From assembly GCF_000341395.1 (NCBI RefSeq), contig NC_020304.1, positions 720,001 through 752,000 of the forward strand: a DNA stretch of 32,000 nucleotides, written 5' to 3'. The notes under the pieces are model-generated. The model saw nothing but the letters and a program-made list of their open reading frames with translations. It made no database searches and had not been told where the DNA came from. The translations under genes and the position numbers were made by a program. How positions within the stretch are numbered: position 1 is the stretch's first letter; each line of letters starts with the position of its first letter. This DNA comes from Desulfocapsa sulfexigens DSM 10523. GTDB lineage: Bacteria; Desulfobacterota; Desulfobulbia; Desulfobulbales; Desulfocapsaceae. Of the stretch, positions 28,925 to 32,000 are shown piece after piece.

Positions 28925-29134
28925 TCAGCTCTGCTCTGCCACCACACTCCCCGGCCCGGCCAGGGGACGGAACATTTTCTTTCCTGCACCACAGCTCGGA
29001 CAATGCCAATCCTCTGGAAGATCGTCAAAGGATGTTCCTGGAGAAATTTTCCTCCTCTTATCCCCCCTGGCGGGATCATATACGTATCCACAATCAACGG
29101 TCTGACATTGATACATTTCTTCCGGTCTGGACAT
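28925..29134 (-). CDS. Rubredoxin-like protein with CX4C first knuckle
   Basis: [51 protein letters not shown]. Start moved from 29200 to the ATG at 29134, which has a well-placed AAAAAGGAG RBS 7 nt upstream. Confidence 0.9.
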   Translation of the reverse strand: MSRPEEMYQCQTVDCGYVYDPARGDKRRKISPGTSFDDLPEDWHCPSCGAGKKMFRPLAGPGSVVAEQS

Positions 29135-29279
29135 ACACACACTCCTTTTTCTGTTTTTTAGACAATCACACACCTTCATTGCAAAAGTGTCCCCTGACAT
29201 TTTTCTTCAAACAGGGTATCCTTTACCCTAGCAATTTACCTTATTTTTGAGAATACAAATTTAACCATTGGTGCAAATC

Positions 29280-29762
29280 ATGACTCCAGAAGATATGCGG
29301 CAAAAGGCAATGGACCTTTTCAGAAAACGGTTTCACTGAAGCCAGGCGATTCTGGCCGTGGGCCTGGAAAAAATAAACAAATACGACGAAAATGTGATTG
29401 CAGCCGTTGGTACATTTGGCGGTGGCATTGCCAGTTCCGGCTCTGTCTGCGGAACATTACTTGGTGCAGTAGCAGCAGTCTCTTCGCTTCACAGCAGAGG
29501 CAGCCTTGACGAAAAAGAGAACCCTCGAATGTGGGGTGTAAGCAATAAACTTATAAAACAATTTGATACGTTAACAGAACCCTATGGCGGACGAAATTGC
29601 CGTGATATTGCCCGGATCAACTGGTCAGACCGCGATGCTGTAAAAAACTACTACGGCAACCCGGAATCTACCAGAAAAGATTGTGTGCAACTTGTAGGTG
29701 ATCTTGCCTTTTTTCTTGGTACATTGCTGGAAAAGGAAATGGCACGATTGGAAGAAATATGA
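29280..29762 (+). CDS. C-GCAxxG-C-C family putative redox selenoprotein (Sec encoded by TGA at 29337-29339)
   Basis: Reading through TGA gives MTPEDMRQKAMDLFRKRFH-U-SQAILAVGLEKINKYDENVIAAVGTFGGGIASSGSVCGTLLGAV... The TGA sits exactly at the first family Cys (...F.CSQAVL...). A hairpin with a G-initiated apical loop follows 18 nt downstream. 4-nt ATGA overlap with the next gene. Confidence 0.85.
29342..29368 (+). promoter_or_regulatory. Candidate bacterial SECIS element
   Basis: TTCTGGCC-GTG-GGCCTGGAA (29350-29368): GGCC/GGCC upper stem, T.T mismatch, then C-G, T.G, T-A; loop GTG begins 18 nt after TGA. An alternative outer stem is CCAGGC (29342-29347)/GCCTGG (29362-29367). Confidence 0.6.
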
Positions 29763-30259
29763 GTCCTGTTGAGATCATTCGCGGCGATATCACAACCCTT
29801 GAGGTGGATGCCATTGTAAATGCCGCCAACAATTCACTTTTGGGAGGTGGTGGAGTGGATGGCGCAATTCATCTGGCTGCAGGCCCTGAGCTTCTTAAAG
29901 AATGTGAAAAAATAGGTGGATGCCCCACGGGCGAGGCAAGAATTACCAAGGGCTACAACCTGCCAGCTCATTATATAATCCACACAGTCGGCCCGGTTTG
30001 GCAGGGAGGTGGTTATGGTGAATCCGCTTTACTTGCCTCCTGTTACCAGAATTGCTTACATCTTGCAAAAAGTAACAATCTCTCATCCATTGCTTTTCCA
30101 GCAATCAGTTGTGGCGTTTATGGCTATCCCCCTGATCAGGCCTGTGCCATCGCCATAAAAGAGACAAACAGCTTTCTTTCAGCAAGCAATACACCTTTTA
30201 CCATTCTTTTTTGCTGTTATAACGATACAATCGAAAGTGAATTCAACACACTCAGGTGA
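29759..30259 (+). CDS. Macro domain protein (ADP-ribose/O-acetyl-ADP-ribose hydrolase-like)
   Basis: IIRGDITTLEVDAIVNAANNSLLGGGGVDGAIHLAAG, CPTGEARITKGYNLPAHYIIHTVGPVW, IAFPAISCGVYGYPPDQA. Confidence 0.95.
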   Translation: MSPVEIIRGDITTLEVDAIVNAANNSLLGGGGVDGAIHLAAGPELLKECEKIGGCPTGEARITKGYNLPAHYIIHTVGPVWQGGGYGESALLASCYQNCLHLAKSNNLSSIAFPAISCGVYGYPPDQACAIAIKETNSFLSASNTPFTILFCCYNDTIESEFNTLR

Positions 30260-30262
30260 CCA

Positions 30263-31765
30263 GTGCAGGAACAACCACAACCACAACAGCATCTAGCCGC
30301 AATCGATCTCGGCTCCAACAGTTTTCATATGGTTGTAGCCCGAATCGAAGACGGCCATATTCACATTCTTGACAACCTCAAGGAAATGGTACGCCTGGGA
30401 GCAGGACTCGACGAAAAGGGATGGTTATCAGAAGAATCCCGCAAGCGTGCCCTCTCCTGCCTTGAACGTTTCAGTGAACGTGTCAACGGTTTTCCCCCGG
30501 GAAGTGTGGCTGCCGTTGGCACAAAAACTCTGCGTCAGGCTAAGAATGCCCGTCTTTTTTTAGAAAGCGCCAATGAGATTTTAGGGCATCCCATCTCTGT
30601 GATTGCTGGAAAAGAAGAAGCCCGCCTCGTCTACCTGGGCGTCTCCCATTCCCTCGTTGCTGAAGATGGCAAACGATTTGTCATGGATATCGGTGGCGGC
30701 AGCACTGAGCTCATTATCGGTGAAGACTTCGAGCCACTTCTCCTGCGCAGCCTTGATATGGGCTGCGTAAGTATGAGCCGCAGATTTTTCGAGAACGGCA
30801 ATCTCAACAAAAAATGCTGGAAAAAAGCCGGGATCAAATCACACCTGTTACTGCGTCCGGTAAGACGCTATTTTCAGAAAGTCGACTGGAAATCTGCCAC
30901 GGGAGCATCTGGAACGATTAAAGCCGTTGCCAAAGTCGTGAATGAACTGGGGCTTGAATCCTATGCCATCACCCTGGACAGTATGTACGCCATACGGGAT
31001 AAAATGATAGAGGCCGGACACCTCGACAATCTGGATCTGCCTGGTTTAAAGAGTGACCGCAAACCTGTTTTTGCGGGAGGCCTTGCTATCCTGATTGCAA
31101 CCTTTGAAGCACTGAAAATTGAAACTATGCAGGTTTCTGATGGTGCCCTGCGTGAAGGCCTGCTGTATGAACGACTGGGTCGCATCCAGAGTGAGGACAC
31201 TCGCCTGAAAACCGTATCTAGTGTGCAACACCGTTTTCAAATCAGTACAAAACATGCAAGAAGAGTGAGCCTGACGGCACACCGTCTCCTGAGTGGCTGT
31301 GAAAAGGAATGGAACCTGAAACTGGAAGATGCCGAATCACTGCACTGGGCAAGCAGTTTACATGAAATCGGCCTCGCCGTTTCACTCAGTGGATATCAGA
31401 AACATGGCGCATACCTGCTGGTCAACGCTGACTTACCGGGGTTTTCTCTTGAAGAACAGGCCTGGATGAGTGTTCTGGTGCGTTGCCATCGAAAAAAAAT
31501 ATCAAAGAAGCTCTTCATGGATTTAGCTCCCGAGACCCAGCGGACAGCATTAAGACTGGTGGTGCTGCTTCGCCTGGCAACACTGCTGCATCGTTCCCGA
31601 AAAGAGAAAACAGCCGTTATTGAAAACATCATCGCAACCAAAAATGGCCTGACCCTTCAATTTGCAAAAAATGAGCTAGTCAAACATCCCCTGCAACTTG
31701 CCAGTCTTAAACAGGAGGCAAAATATCTGCAGAATGTTGATTTTGAACTCAAATTTTCTTCATGA
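30263..31765 (+). CDS. Ppx/GppA-family exopolyphosphatase/pppGpp phosphatase
   Basis: LAAIDLGSNSFHMVVARIEDG, AVGTKTLRQAKNA, VIAGKEEARLVYLGVSHS, VMDIGGGSTELIIG, ALREGLLYER, plus C-terminal HD-like region. Confidence 0.95.
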   Translation: MQEQPQPQQHLAAIDLGSNSFHMVVARIEDGHIHILDNLKEMVRLGAGLDEKGWLSEESRKRALSCLERFSERVNGFPPGSVAAVGTKTLRQAKNARLFLESANEILGHPISVIAGKEEARLVYLGVSHSLVAEDGKRFVMDIGGGSTELIIGEDFEPLLLRSLDMGCVSMSRRFFENGNLNKKCWKKAGIKSHLLLRPVRRYFQKVDWKSATGASGTIKAVAKVVNELGLESYAITLDSMYAIRDKMIEAGHLDNLDLPGLKSDRKPVFAGGLAILIATFEALKIETMQVSDGALREGLLYERLGRIQSEDTRLKTVSSVQHRFQISTKHARRVSLTAHRLLSGCEKEWNLKLEDAESLHWASSLHEIGLAVSLSGYQKHGAYLLVNADLPGFSLEEQAWMSVLVRCHRKKISKKLFMDLAPETQRTALRLVVLLRLATLLHRSRKEKTAVIENIIATKNGLTLQFAKNELVKHPLQLASLKQEAKYLQNVDFELKFSS

Positions 31766-31981
31766 AAAAAATCGTCCAAGACGGTTAAGAACAGTACAGG
31801 GCATCTCGAAAATCGTTGTCACTATCCCCCCTTTACCACGCCCCTCGGTGCCACTCAGCTTGAAATCTGAGTGAAACTTTTTGCCACATGAGGGGCAGAC
31901 CATAACCAATCCACCAACATTCGTAGGAAACCTGAGTTTCTGGCCACATCCCGGACATTTTTTTTCAATACAATCGGACAT
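31760..31981 (-). CDS. Small zinc-ribbon-like protein
   Basis: 73 aa with CPGCGQKLRFP...VCPSCGKKF (two CxxC knuckles). It overlaps the 3' end of the Ppx/GppA gene by 6 nt. Confidence 0.7.
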   Translation of the reverse strand: MSDCIEKKCPGCGQKLRFPTNVGGLVMVCPSCGKKFHSDFKLSGTEGRGKGGIVTTIFEMPCTVLNRLGRFFS

Positions 31982-32000
31982 AATTAAACCTGCACCATCC

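Noticed and set aside
29358-29762. 134-aa ORF starting at GTG, as given in the ORF track
   Set aside because: Upstream in-frame sequence across TGA 29337-29339 has clear family homology (MTPEDMRQKAMDLFRKRFH), so the GTG start is an artefact of treating TGA as stop.

Overview
32 kb of a bacterial chromosome. Gene content suggests an anaerobic sulfur-cycling Desulfobacterota (Desulfobulbales-like) organism, but that is inference. The left part has an MCP fragment cut by the window edge, a secreted rhodanese, an acyltransferase and an APH-type kinase. About 16 kb (3920-20087) is then read continuously from the minus strand. It encodes a NapH-like membrane Fe-S protein and a small membrane partner, a TauE/SafE permease with a large N-terminal extracytoplasmic domain, a GAF-GAF-PAS-HisKA protein with no ATPase domain, and a TorD-like chaperone domain fused to a molybdopterin oxidoreductase. 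It continues with a single-domain response regulator, a membrane PAS histidine kinase, a small membrane protein, an NtrC-type sigma54 activator, a dual-specificity phosphatase with a Cys-rich C-terminal part, and a PEP-synthase-like protein without a recognisable PEP-utilising TIM barrel. A near-consensus sigma54 promoter (14907-14922, minus strand) lies upstream of the oxidoreductase gene group. The right part has tgt, yajC, an AsmA-like protein, a lipoprotein hydrolase, an MscS channel, a short asparaginase-domain protein, a TatD nuclease, a CX4C rubredoxin, a macrodomain protein and a Ppx/GppA phosphatase. The strongest non-obvious finding is a probable selenoprotein of the C-GCAxxG-C-C redox family at 29280-29762. 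The ORF track shows only its C-terminal 134 aa because an in-frame TGA (29337-29339) replaces the first family cysteine and is followed by a plausible bacterial SECIS hairpin. No tRNA, rRNA, CRISPR array or transposon was recognised.
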